DNA of 64,000 nt. It comes from Theionarchaea archaeon (GTDB taxonomy: Archaea; Methanobacteriota_B; Thermococci; Methanofastidiosales; SZ-28-30). Position numbers and translations under genes: made by a program. Position 1 is the first letter of the stretch. Every line of letters starts with the position of its first letter. Shown here one piece after another: positions 19,088 to 28,448 of the stretch. Under the pieces are notes generated by a model that saw only the letters and a list, made by a program, of their open reading frames with translations, ran no database searches and was not told the DNA's origin. Location of the stretch: NCBI GenBank assembly GCA_018992685.1, contig JACVGT010000008.1, positions 3,257 to 67,256 on the forward strand, written 5' to 3'.

Positions 19088-20053
19088 ATGCCCGAGAAAA
19101 AGGAGTATGATGTTGTCATTGTTGGAGGAGGACCTGGAGGACTCACTACTGGCATCATGTGCGCGGACAGAAAGCTTGACGTTCTGGTGCTGGAAGGTGG
19201 AACGTGGGGAGGGCTGCTGGCCACACTCTATCCTAACAAGGTGATCCCGAATTATCCAGGATTTCCTGACGGAATTGTCGCCATTGAGCTGGTGAGACGT
19301 TGGCTGAAGCAGGCCAAAGCATCAGGTATCGACATGAAAAACGAACGAGTCGTGGAGATAACCCCTGATAGAAAGGTCATAGTCCAAGATGGAAAAGAAT
19401 ACCGTGGCAAAGTGATCATTATTGCAGTCGGGATCAGACCTCGAGAGCTGGGAATTGCCGGTGAATCAAAGTTCAATAAGAAAGACAAAGGTGTCTTCTA
19501 CTATGTAACCCACCCAGAAGACTTCATTAGCAAGCACGTGCTGGTGATAGGAGGGGGAGACACTGCTATTGATGCCACTCTTGATCTGGTAGACCTGGCT
19601 CAGGAAATTACGATTGCTCATCGTAAGGAAGCCTTCAGAGGAGTTGATGAAAACGTTGAAAAGATGAAGAAGAGCGAAAAGATCAATATCCTCATGAACA
19701 CTGAACTGGAAAAGATTGAAGGAGACGACACGGTGAAAAAGGTAACCCTGTGGAACAACCGAGAAGACAGGAGTTACCAGATGGATATGGACGCAGTTAT
19801 TCTCAGTGTCGGAATGGTACCCAACAGTGAAATCTTCGACAAGGTTGGCATCAAGGCAGACAAGAGAGGATACATTGTCACCGACACATCACAGAGAACG
19901 AATGTTGAAGGAATCTTCGCTGTGGGGGACATTGTGGAAGGCGCGTTCAAACTGATCATTGTGGGAGCAGCACATGGTGCAGTGGCGGCTCACCACGCTT
20001 ATGCATATATCAACAAGCCATACTGGGCGGCTGAAGAACAGTGGAAGGGATAG
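19088..20053 (+). CDS. Thioredoxin-reductase-like FAD/NAD(P) flavoprotein lacking the CxxC redox centre (ferredoxin-NADP reductase type-2-like)
   Basis: 'DVVIVGGGPGG', 'VLVIGGGDTAIDA' and 'GIFAVGD' are TrxR-fold motifs. The protein has only one Cys and no CxxC. 321 aa. Confidence 0.7.
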   Translation: MPEKKEYDVVIVGGGPGGLTTGIMCADRKLDVLVLEGGTWGGLLATLYPNKVIPNYPGFPDGIVAIELVRRWLKQAKASGIDMKNERVVEITPDRKVIVQDGKEYRGKVIIIAVGIRPRELGIAGESKFNKKDKGVFYYVTHPEDFISKHVLVIGGGDTAIDATLDLVDLAQEITIAHRKEAFRGVDENVEKMKKSEKINILMNTELEKIEGDDTVKKVTLWNNREDRSYQMDMDAVILSVGMVPNSEIFDKVGIKADKRGYIVTDTSQRTNVEGIFAVGDIVEGAFKLIIVGAAHGAVAAHHAYAYINKPYWAAEEQWKG

Positions 20054-20245
20054 TCCTTCCTTTCTTTTCCATTCATGATGGACGGCGACGTGAAGAGTTA
20101 CGTTGAAGAAGATTTGTGGACACGGGATTCTTCTGCCCTGTGCTCGATATGTGGAATTGCCTGTACCCCGGGCCTGCTGGTTTTGGATGTCTAGATTCTC
20201 AGAATTTGCATAAAACCCCCACTCAAACCCGCATGGTTCAACACA

Positions 20246-21466
20246 ATGTTTTTAAGACAACTGATTGCAGGGGACAAAGTGAAAAAAGCCCCTGTGTATA
20301 TTACCGTTGCAGGGTATTCCATTGGACTGTATGCCCTCACGTACGTGGACTATTTTGCGGTGGCACTGGGGACAACTCCCTTGCTGCAGTCTGTTTTGGT
20401 CAGTGTGAGAAACCTGGGTGGGAACATGCTGCAGCTCTTCTGGGGGGCTCTGTCAGATAAGAGAGGTAGGAAAACCTTTCTGTTGTATGGATTTTTAGTG
20501 TATGGAGTAACCTCTGTGAGTTTTCTGGCAATATCCTCCCCTATCACTCTCATTCTGCTGGTCATCATACAGTCATTGCTGGGTTCGACTATCGTACCGG
20601 CGTGGAATGCACTGCTTGGTGACTATAGTGTGAGAAAAACCAGGGGCGCATTCATTGGAGAGGTTACTGCATTTGGAACTGTTGCTGCTGTCTTTGCCAT
20701 TTTACTCATAGGATATGTCTCTGATTTGGTCCCGGGGGAAATCAACCAGTACTTTGTGCCCTTTGCCGTGGCTGCCTTCTGTTTCTTCCTGGCTGCTGTG
20801 TCCTCCCGGAGGATTACGGAACACATGAAGCCCGTGACCGCCACGGCGACACTGCGAGAAGCAGTCCTCAAGGACAGGCGGTTCACCAAGTTCCTGTGGA
20901 TCAATGGGATCTACCGGGCGATGATGGCTCTGGCCTGGCCTCTTTTCGCCTTCGTAACGGTGGATGTCGTCGGGGCAACCAAGTTTCAAATATCAATTAT
21001 CTGGGCTATCCACATGTTCATAGGGGCACTCAGCCAGAAATATGGAGGGATGCTTTCCGATAGAATCGGCAGGAGAAAATCTCTTTTCTGGTTTCATCTC
21101 CCCTTTTTCATGGTGTCCTTGTTGTATGCAATCGCAGACAACTGGTTGTATCTGGTGGCAGCCTCGTTTCTTGGTGGATTCGGTATGGGGGCAGGAACTG
21201 TCGCCCTCAATTCATACATATTGGATTGTGCACATGAGGAGAAACGCGCTTCATATACTGCCCTGAACAATGTGGTGTTCGGGATAACATCTTTTTGTGC
21301 CAGCATGGCATCAGGCGCTGCCGCTGAATACGTTACTGGAACACTTGGATTGGTTCCTGCTCTTCATGCGATGCTCCTGTCAATTTCGGTGCTTCGGTTC
21401 TGCTCGGTGTTTCTGTACTTGAAGACAGATGAAACCCTGTATGCAGTAGGTGTAGAATCTACTTGA
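20246..21466 (+). CDS. MFS transporter
   Basis: 406 aa, 12 TM helices, 'LSDKRGRK' loop motif. Confidence 0.75.
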   Translation: MFLRQLIAGDKVKKAPVYITVAGYSIGLYALTYVDYFAVALGTTPLLQSVLVSVRNLGGNMLQLFWGALSDKRGRKTFLLYGFLVYGVTSVSFLAISSPITLILLVIIQSLLGSTIVPAWNALLGDYSVRKTRGAFIGEVTAFGTVAAVFAILLIGYVSDLVPGEINQYFVPFAVAAFCFFLAAVSSRRITEHMKPVTATATLREAVLKDRRFTKFLWINGIYRAMMALAWPLFAFVTVDVVGATKFQISIIWAIHMFIGALSQKYGGMLSDRIGRRKSLFWFHLPFFMVSLLYAIADNWLYLVAASFLGGFGMGAGTVALNSYILDCAHEEKRASYTALNNVVFGITSFCASMASGAAAEYVTGTLGLVPALHAMLLSISVLRFCSVFLYLKTDETLYAVGVEST

Positions 21467-21926
21467 TAGATAACCGGATATCTTCTTTTGTGGTATGGAT
21501 GCAGATGAGCAGGTTGAGGTCACGAACGCTCCCAATGGCCGCAACCTTTTCAATGAGAAATGCCCTCAAGGCAGTGGTATCCGGAACCTTGACTTTGATC
21601 AATATGTCCTGCTCCCCCGAGATTTCATGGACTTCCAGGACCTCGTCCACCTGTGCCAGCTTCTGTGCAGTTTCCTCAACAGCAGAAATTGGATGGACAG
21701 ACACGCCAATATATGCAGTCGTTGAAATTCCTATCATCTCCCCATCCAGTAGAGGTACAACTGCTTTGATCACTTTCTGATCTTTCAATCGTTTCGTTCT
21801 ATCGTAGATTGTAGATTCGGGAGCACCTATTTCCGAAGCAAGGATTTTATACGATGTGGTGGCATCCTCCTGCAATTTCCTGAGAATTCTCTTGTCAAGC
21901 TCGTCCAGTTTCGGCTCCCTCTTCAT
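21459..21926 (-). CDS. Lrp/AsnC-family transcriptional regulator
   Basis: N-terminal HTH 'LDELDKRILRKLQEDATTSYKILASEIGAPESTIYDRTKRL' plus a C-terminal RAM domain. 155 aa. Confidence 0.85.
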   Translation of the reverse strand: MKREPKLDELDKRILRKLQEDATTSYKILASEIGAPESTIYDRTKRLKDQKVIKAVVPLLDGEMIGISTTAYIGVSVHPISAVEETAQKLAQVDEVLEVHEISGEQDILIKVKVPDTTALRAFLIEKVAAIGSVRDLNLLICIHTTKEDIRLSIK

Positions 21927-22410
21927 GAGTAGGATTCACGGTGGATATATTTATTCTTTGTGGTAGGGTTGCATTTTTGAGTAATCAGTCCTCAGTTATC
22001 AGGTTTGAGTACTTCCAGACTATGGGAATCGTGCGAATTACAGACAGAAAAGGCTGTCTTATACCTGTGGTCTCGGGCATCATCACCCGATCCTTTTCTG
22101 ACAATAACAGGGGCAATCCACGAACCTCCACCAATTCCCTGTTCAGATATGCCTTTTACCTTTATCCACCGTCAACCGAACAAAAAGCAGATGACGGCGT
22201 GCGCCAGAATACCTTGGAACAATCTCACCGCGGACCCGAACAATCAACATCAAGATATCCTGAATTCGAAACTCGATGGATAATCAAGAAACCACCTCTC
22301 GGAGTTGACCTGATTCCCGAGGTTGATGGGGCTCAGGATGATTCTTTCAGGGTTCCAGTGGAGTCTGGACGCTGCATAAGGTTTAAATACAACGTTGAAA
22401 GGTCATAGTA

Positions 22411-23460
22411 ATGAGTGTCCCTGATCTCATCGTGGTGCTTTTCCTCTTGATTGTTGTATATGACTGCTACTACTTTATCATCTTTCTTTACCAGAGTTTC
22501 AAGGCACCTGCCATTGAGTACTCCCCTCGCAGTTCTGTGATCATACCTGTGTACAACAATGAGTCCACCATCGGTCTGTGTGTACAGGCCGTTCTGGATT
22601 CTGATTACCTTCTTGAAGAGGTCATTGTGGTGAACGATGGATCTACTGACCGTACACACGATATTCTCCAGAACCTGACAGGCATAACAGTGTACAGCAT
22701 ACCACATTCAGGGAAAGCCGCTGCCCTCAACTACGGGATCGCTCACTCAAGAGGGGATGTTGTCACTCTTGATGCCGATACTACAGTCAGAAAAGACACA
22801 ATCAGAATGCTGGTCCGCAATTTGCAGCTCTATGATGCAGTGGCGGGTAACCTCCAGGTCTTCAATGCAAGAACATTCTTGGGGAGGTGCCAGGCTATTG
22901 AACACGTCAGGGTGGCCATGTTCAGAAAAGTGGCCCAGTACTTTGACGATGTTGATATTGTCCCAGGACCCATTGGAGCATTCAAACGAGAAGTGTTTTC
23001 GAAGGTCATCTACGGATCATCCATGGTGGAAGATATGGAGTTAACCCGTAACCTGAAACGGGAGGGGTTTACTGTGGGGTATGAACAGGAAGCAAAAGCC
23101 TACACCCAGATGCCTGACAAATGGATACCCTTTGTGAGGCAGCGCTTCAGATGGGCAAAGGGAAATCTGCATCTGTTGCTTGAGGGGAATGCACCCGTAA
23201 GGAAGTTCCTGATGGGGTATGGGCTATCCTCAGCAGATATAGTGCTGGTGATTCTGTGTTTCCTGTACGGGCAATATCTGGTCTTGGCCCTTTTTCTGGG
23301 GTTTGAATCTGTCACCATGATCATTGGAACTTACAGGGAAAAGGCCACCCTGTTTGTTGAATCACTGTTCTTCCCGGTGTTCATGCTTTTTCTGGACAGT
23401 ATATTCCTTTTATCTCATTTTGTGGGATTTTTTTCCATTCTTTGCCTACATCGATCTTAG
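22411..23460 (+). CDS. Family-2 glycosyltransferase with flanking TM segments
   Basis: 'SVIIPVYNNESTIGLCVQAVLDS...VIVVNDGSTDRT' (GT-A DxD region). N-terminal TM helix and C-terminal TM helices. Confidence 0.8.
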   Translation: MSVPDLIVVLFLLIVVYDCYYFIIFLYQSFKAPAIEYSPRSSVIIPVYNNESTIGLCVQAVLDSDYLLEEVIVVNDGSTDRTHDILQNLTGITVYSIPHSGKAAALNYGIAHSRGDVVTLDADTTVRKDTIRMLVRNLQLYDAVAGNLQVFNARTFLGRCQAIEHVRVAMFRKVAQYFDDVDIVPGPIGAFKREVFSKVIYGSSMVEDMELTRNLKREGFTVGYEQEAKAYTQMPDKWIPFVRQRFRWAKGNLHLLLEGNAPVRKFLMGYGLSSADIVLVILCFLYGQYLVLALFLGFESVTMIIGTYREKATLFVESLFFPVFMLFLDSIFLLSHFVGFFSILCLHRS

Positions 23461-24531
23461 ATATTCTTTTACAGAAGAACAGGCACCACATCTGACGCAG
23501 CCTGCCTTATTCTTGAAGGGATCTATTCCTGCTTCCATCATTTTTTTGGCTGCCCAAACAGAATACATCTGAACAACATCAAGAGATGGCAGGGGGTGAG
23601 ATTCCAGAACAGTTCCCGGGAGAGGTCTGAATGGAACAACAAAGGGGATCACACCGTGCTGTACCATGTTTTCAATGCCTGTCTTGGTTTTCCTTTCATC
23701 TTCTCCCAATCCCACCAGGATATAGGAACTGACCTGATTTTCGCCGAAAATATCTACAGCATCCTCCCATGCACGGCTGAATTCTGAAAAATTCTTTGAC
23801 GGACAGATTTTCTCAAACAATGTCTCATCCACAGTTTCAATGTGGATGCCAATGGTGTCTGCCCCCTGGTCTCTCAATAGTTCCTGATACGTCCTGGGTA
23901 CTGGCTCGAGCTGAGAATGAACAGGCAATCCTGTCCGCTTGAGAGCAGCAGCACACTCAGCCAGCATGAATGCTCCCCTGTCACTGGTATTGACAGTACC
24001 TGTGGTCAGGGTAACGTGAGAGGCACCTTCTTTCTTTGCTGCCTCTGCCACTTCCTCAAGTTGCTGAGGGGTTTTTTGCTGGATCGTTCCTCCATACTCC
24101 AGTGACCGTTCAATCCCGCAGAACCAGCAGGGCGCAGTCCTCCACCTGACGCATCTCTGGTATACCGTGGTGGCCAGACAATCCACACCATGCAGGAGTG
24201 CGATTTTCTTGTAGGGAACACCCTCTCGTGTGGTGAGATCATAGAAGTATGGATCTTTCACTACGTGAACTGGCAGCCTGTCCCGGAAAGTGCTTTCGGG
24301 ATTTCTGTCCACCAGAACACAGAGTTCATCTTCCTCTTCCAACCAGATATCAGAATCCATGGCAGCCCCATACACGAAACAGTTCACCACCATCTTCTCC
24401 ACCACCACATATCTTCCGCCTGCAGGGCCTGCCCCTCCCCTCCTTGCTGTTCTCATTAATTCTGGCACCCGCACTCCCTGACAGAGTAACCTGGTCTTCA
24501 AATCCGCACTATTCATGACACCACCTCTCAT
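23446..24531 (-). CDS. Fe-S enzyme, radical-SAM-like, with an atypical Cys motif
   Basis: 361 aa. 'RCVRWRTAPCWFCG' gives CX7CX2C spacing instead of CX3CX2C. A TIM-barrel-like 'ASHVTLTTG' follows, and 'GCVRCGAC' sits at the extreme C-terminus. Overlaps the upstream GNAT gene by 23 nt. Confidence 0.45.
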   Translation of the reverse strand: MRGGVMNSADLKTRLLCQGVRVPELMRTARRGGAGPAGGRYVVVEKMVVNCFVYGAAMDSDIWLEEEDELCVLVDRNPESTFRDRLPVHVVKDPYFYDLTTREGVPYKKIALLHGVDCLATTVYQRCVRWRTAPCWFCGIERSLEYGGTIQQKTPQQLEEVAEAAKKEGASHVTLTTGTVNTSDRGAFMLAECAAALKRTGLPVHSQLEPVPRTYQELLRDQGADTIGIHIETVDETLFEKICPSKNFSEFSRAWEDAVDIFGENQVSSYILVGLGEDERKTKTGIENMVQHGVIPFVVPFRPLPGTVLESHPLPSLDVVQMYSVWAAKKMMEAGIDPFKNKAGCVRCGACSSVKEYLRSM

Positions 24532-24979
24532 ACTTTTGAACCGTCATTCCCGGAGCCTGCTCAAAGACAGGCCCCTTCTTGGAGAAGCCATACTTCTCAA
24601 CCAGGCGGAGGCATCCCCTGTGACTGGTCAGGATATTGACGTAGTTTTTCCTACAGTGTTGATCATGAGCAAACTGTATAAACTGGCTGTACATGGCAGA
24701 AGCAATCCCTTGTCCCACATAGTCCGGGAGGATTGATTGATGCTCCCCGAAACACCCCTCCTCAGTTATCAGCAGCTTGTAGCAACCGACAATCTTCCCC
24801 CTATCTCTGGCCCCGAAGAACCGGAACCCTGATTGCATCTCCTGTTTGACTTTCTGACTGCTGATCTTACGCCTCTCTCTCCACGCTTCAGGATACTCAT
24901 GAGCACATGACCATACCTTCGTGAACAGGTCTTCCAGTTCTTCTGCATCTTCTTCTGTGAATTCTTCAATATTCTGCAC
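24509..24979 (-). CDS. GNAT-family N-acetyltransferase
   Basis: 156 aa. 'DYVGQGIASAMYSQFIQFA' is an acetyl-CoA-binding motif A-like segment. Confidence 0.75.
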   Translation of the reverse strand: MQNIEEFTEEDAEELEDLFTKVWSCAHEYPEAWRERRKISSQKVKQEMQSGFRFFGARDRGKIVGCYKLLITEEGCFGEHQSILPDYVGQGIASAMYSQFIQFAHDQHCRKNYVNILTSHRGCLRLVEKYGFSKKGPVFEQAPGMTVQKYERWCHE

Positions 24980-25054
24980 AGAGAAACATCATTCACCTCA
25001 TTTAAATAGGTGTGGATTCTGTACTCAGGGGATAGTAAAACGTGAGAAAACGGA

Positions 25055-25261
25055 GTGTTGAACGTGAGTAACCTTTATAAACAGCCTCTAGGAACACAGA
25101 GTATGGACATGAAACTCAGAGACATCGTACAGTGCCCAAAGTGTGGATTCCGATTCAGTAAATCATATTCCAGAATAACCAGTTGCAAAGGCTGTCCTCA
25201 ATCTGCGGGTCAATGTGGTCTGATCCGGTGCCCCAAATGCAGCAATGAATTCACCGGTTAG
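25055..25261 (+). CDS. Small zinc-ribbon protein. Probable start MDMKLRD (~52 aa).
   Basis: Three Cys pairs: CPKCG, CKGCP, CGLIRCPKC. Confidence 0.4.
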   Translation: MLNVSNLYKQPLGTQSMDMKLRDIVQCPKCGFRFSKSYSRITSCKGCPQSAGQCGLIRCPKCSNEFTG

Positions 25262-25394
25262 GTTGCCAGAATTCTCAGCAGAGTAAATCCTGCAGGTTCC
25301 TTCTGATCTTACAGTCATTTTCTCAATCGTGTTTATGAGATACTGAAAGGTTGCTATCCAAAACCCTTATAAAGGATTTTGCCGTTCAAAACTT

Positions 25395-25898
25395 ATGGAA
25401 ATGGAGAATGAACTGCGCGAAGTAGGCGAAGGGTTACTCATCGCGGTTGTCATCTACCTTATCATTCAAGCCTCCTTGATGGTCACCCTGGGGGTGGAGA
25501 GACCCCTGTATGTCGTGATATCAGGAAGTATGGAACCCACCTTTTATGAGGGGGACATTCTGGTCGTCAAGAGGGCAGATCCTTACACGCTGGAAGAAGG
25601 GGACATTATCGTGTTTGAATCTCCTTCCGGAGGAATACCCATCGTTCACCGGGTGTTTGAAGTTGAAACTAAAGACGGGGTGCCATATTACATTACCAAG
25701 GGAGATCATAACAATAGCCTGGATATATATTATCAGTTCAGCTATCCCGGCGTTCCTCCTGAGCGTGTCATCGGAAAACCTGTTTTCAGGATACCCAAAC
25801 TGGGCTGGGCACAGATCAAGCTGCGGGAACTATTCGTGTTTTTGAGAACAAGATTCAGAGAGCTGGGTGAAGTGATACGATGTCCTCAGATAGTATGA
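25395..25898 (+). CDS. Signal peptidase I, archaeal/eukaryotic Sec11 type (S26B)
   Basis: N-terminal TM then 'VVISGSMEPTFYEGDILVV' (catalytic Ser region) and 'IVHRV'. 167 aa. Confidence 0.8.
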   Translation: MEMENELREVGEGLLIAVVIYLIIQASLMVTLGVERPLYVVISGSMEPTFYEGDILVVKRADPYTLEEGDIIVFESPSGGIPIVHRVFEVETKDGVPYYITKGDHNNSLDIYYQFSYPGVPPERVIGKPVFRIPKLGWAQIKLRELFVFLRTRFRELGEVIRCPQIV

Positions 25899-26317
25899 AG
25901 AAAAACCTTACAGACGTGGCCGTAGCGTTGTGCATTTTCCTGGTGATCCAGGGAGCGCTCTATGGAGTGCTGGGGGTGTTCCCTCCGTACAGGGTGGTGA
26001 GCTCGGGAAGTATGGAACCCACCTATTACGAGGGAGACATCGTGTTTATCAAGCATGTTGACCCTCACGAGCTGCAAGTAGGAGACATCATTGTCTTCAA
26101 TCCGAAAGGGGGAGGAATTCCCATTGTACACAGGGTCGCCGAGGTGGTAGAAGAAAATCAGACACGTTATTTTGTGACTCAGGGAGATCATAACGCGTTT
26201 CCTGATTCTTTTTATGCCCCACTTCCCGGTGTCCCAGAATCAGAAGTCGTTGGCACTCCGGTGCTGAAGATTCCCAAGATCGGGTACATCTCAGTGTTTT
26301 TCAGGAGACTGCTATGA
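25880..26317 (+). CDS. Signal peptidase I paralog (Sec11 type)
   Basis: 'VVSSGSMEPTYYEGDIVFIKH...IVHRV'. Tandem duplicate of the preceding gene with a 19-nt overlap. Confidence 0.8.
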   Translation: MSSDSMKKNLTDVAVALCIFLVIQGALYGVLGVFPPYRVVSSGSMEPTYYEGDIVFIKHVDPHELQVGDIIVFNPKGGGIPIVHRVAEVVEENQTRYFVTQGDHNAFPDSFYAPLPGVPESEVVGTPVLKIPKIGYISVFFRRLL

Positions 26318-26721
26318 GAGAGAAAAGGATAGCAGTGGCAGTCGATGGAGTTGTCATTGAGGGTGGACGCATTCTGCTCATCAGGAGAGGGAAGGATCCA
26401 TTCAGGGGATTCTGGGCCTTGCCTGGTGGGTTCGTGGAATATGGGGAATCCACAGAACATGCAGTAGTCAGGGAAGTGGAGGAGGAGACTGGACTTCTCT
26501 GCAGAATCGAGAGATTGCTGGGAGTCTATTCAGCCCCTGATCGGGATCCTCGGGGACACGTCATTTCTGTTGCCTATGTCTTGAGCGTCAAAGAGGAAAA
26601 GCCAACCCCAGGAGATGATTCAGCTGCTGCTACCTGGTTCAGTGCTGCTGAAGTGCCTGATAACATTGCTTTTGATCATCTGAATATCATTCGAGATGCT
26701 CTGACACTCAGGTCACTGTGA
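26314..26721 (+). CDS. Nudix hydrolase
   Basis: Nudix box 'GGFVEYGESTEHAVVREVEEETG'. 135 aa. ATGA overlap with the upstream gene. Confidence 0.85.
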   Translation: MREKRIAVAVDGVVIEGGRILLIRRGKDPFRGFWALPGGFVEYGESTEHAVVREVEEETGLLCRIERLLGVYSAPDRDPRGHVISVAYVLSVKEEKPTPGDDSAAATWFSAAEVPDNIAFDHLNIIRDALTLRSL

Positions 26722-27222
26722 GCTTTTTACAGCAGAAATCACCTGTTTTGGCCTGTATGCCGTATCCACGAGAATGGTGGTTACAGGGTTGAAATTCTGT
26801 TGACGCAGAATCGGAACCAGTTCCCTGGCAGACAGGGGGAAAGGATCCCATGAGGTGGGAGTTTTCTGGCAGTATTCGATGACAATGAGATGCCCCGTGG
26901 AATTGAGCACTCTGTAGGATTCCCTGACAAACGTGACGATCCTGGGATAGTAATGAAGCACATTTACGTAGAGAATTCCAGAAACTGCTTCATCTTTGAA
27001 AGGCAGGCACTGACAATCCCCCTGCACAGCACGTATGTCCGGGGGAAGAGTTTTCAGTACATGAAAGGCATTGTCAATCCCTATGACCGGGGCTGCTCCG
27101 AGAAAGGCCAGTGCCTCACTGTACACACCGTGTCCACATCCACAGTCGACCCACGCCCCTCTCACCGTGATGTCTGACGCTCTCAGGAAGGAGACTGCCT
27201 TCTTTATATAGTGCATTCTCAT
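26713..27222 (-). CDS. Class I SAM-dependent methyltransferase
   Basis: 'VDCGCGHGVYSEALA...GIDNA' is motif I. 169 aa. Confidence 0.75.
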   Translation of the reverse strand: MRMHYIKKAVSFLRASDITVRGAWVDCGCGHGVYSEALAFLGAAPVIGIDNAFHVLKTLPPDIRAVQGDCQCLPFKDEAVSGILYVNVLHYYPRIVTFVRESYRVLNSTGHLIVIEYCQKTPTSWDPFPLSARELVPILRQQNFNPVTTILVDTAYRPKQVISAVKSSQ

Positions 27223-27246
27223 GGTCTGACCTTGTTCAACAATGAA

Positions 27247-28212
27247 TTACTGGCGAATTCTTACGTGACGCAGAAGATAGAACCAAAGAAATCCTGCAGG
27301 GATGATACAGAACATCAGTTTAACCTCATTACTGATTGATTCCACAAATGAGAAATATCCTTCAATGATGCCAGCAATGATCAGTAGGATGATAGCTCCT
27401 GCCACCAGTTGAGTTGCCTCTTTGCCTGCTGTACTGATTGATTCTGAACGGGACAACTGTCCGGGGTTCAAAACAGCATTTCCTAGTTTTAACCCGGCTC
27501 CTCCACAAATGAAGATTGCAGTCAGCTCGAGAATTCCATGAGGAAGGATATTGGCTGCCAGCGAGATGCCCAGTCCGTGCTCCACAAAGAACGCCGTGAC
27601 AACTCCCATCATCAGCCCATTGATGACCAGATAAAAGATGGTCCCCAGCCCCAGGAGTATTCCACTTCCATAGGTTGCTATGCCTACCTGAGTATTGTTG
27701 GCAAAAATGGAGGAGGTGGCAATGGGAGCCACGAACATATTCATGTTAGGGCCCGCACTTCCCCGGGAGGCTCGCTCCTCAAGAATATCCAGGGGGATAG
27801 GAGAAAGACCTGCGAAGAACTGCTTGTCAACTTGCCACCCCACATACGTTAATGCCATGGTGGCCATGAACACCAGGAATGCGAGCCCTACAAATTTCGC
27901 ATTACTGGCAAACAGCCCGGGGAAGGTTGTGGTGAAAAACTGCTTTATTCTTATGGAAGAAGCCTGACGGGTCCTGGCAAATTGAGAGTGAGACCTAGCC
28001 ACCAGATTGTTCAGATACTCCTCAGCTCGGCTGTGTGGATAATACGTGCGCACATATGCCAGATCTGCGCATCCCTGCCGATATAATCTCAAGAATGAAT
28101 CCAGATCGTCACGGGACAGGGAGGAATAGCCCTTGCGTTTGATGTGCGATGAGAGCTGGTCAAGTTCTTCCCAGCGACCCTCACGGGAAGAAATGAATTC
28201 CTCATAATTCAT
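27247..28212 (-). CDS. SpoIIM/DUF95-family integral membrane protein
   Basis: Cytoplasmic N-domain 'WEELDQL...LSRDDLDSFLRLYRQGCADLAYVRT' followed by 6 TM helices. 321 aa. Confidence 0.65.
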   Translation of the reverse strand: MNYEEFISSREGRWEELDQLSSHIKRKGYSSLSRDDLDSFLRLYRQGCADLAYVRTYYPHSRAEEYLNNLVARSHSQFARTRQASSIRIKQFFTTTFPGLFASNAKFVGLAFLVFMATMALTYVGWQVDKQFFAGLSPIPLDILEERASRGSAGPNMNMFVAPIATSSIFANNTQVGIATYGSGILLGLGTIFYLVINGLMMGVVTAFFVEHGLGISLAANILPHGILELTAIFICGGAGLKLGNAVLNPGQLSRSESISTAGKEATQLVAGAIILLIIAGIIEGYFSFVESISNEVKLMFCIIPAGFLWFYLLRHVRIRQ

Positions 28213-28448
28213 GGGGGCCCTATGGCACGATAGTATAAATGGTTTATTGAATCGCGAGGTATGGTGCTCACAAGTCCTTCACTCTACCAGGAAGGGTTCA
28301 TTGACAGGACTGGTGACAGGAGGCCGCAGAAGCTTTCGGGCTCCACGCAGGTACGTATCGGGCAAGAAGGCAGTATCCACCCCTGCCAGTGCCTCTGGAT
28401 CGTTCTTCATATTCTTTCTCACCCCTGCCCCCTCCATTCACGCCCCGT

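Noticed and set aside
21941-22408. 155-aa ORF filling the Lrp-GT2 intergenic region
   Set aside because: No start context, no motifs, and a composition unlike neighbouring genes. The region is more plausibly a divergent promoter/operator for Lrp and the glycosyltransferase. I looked for RNase P / SRP RNA signatures and found none.
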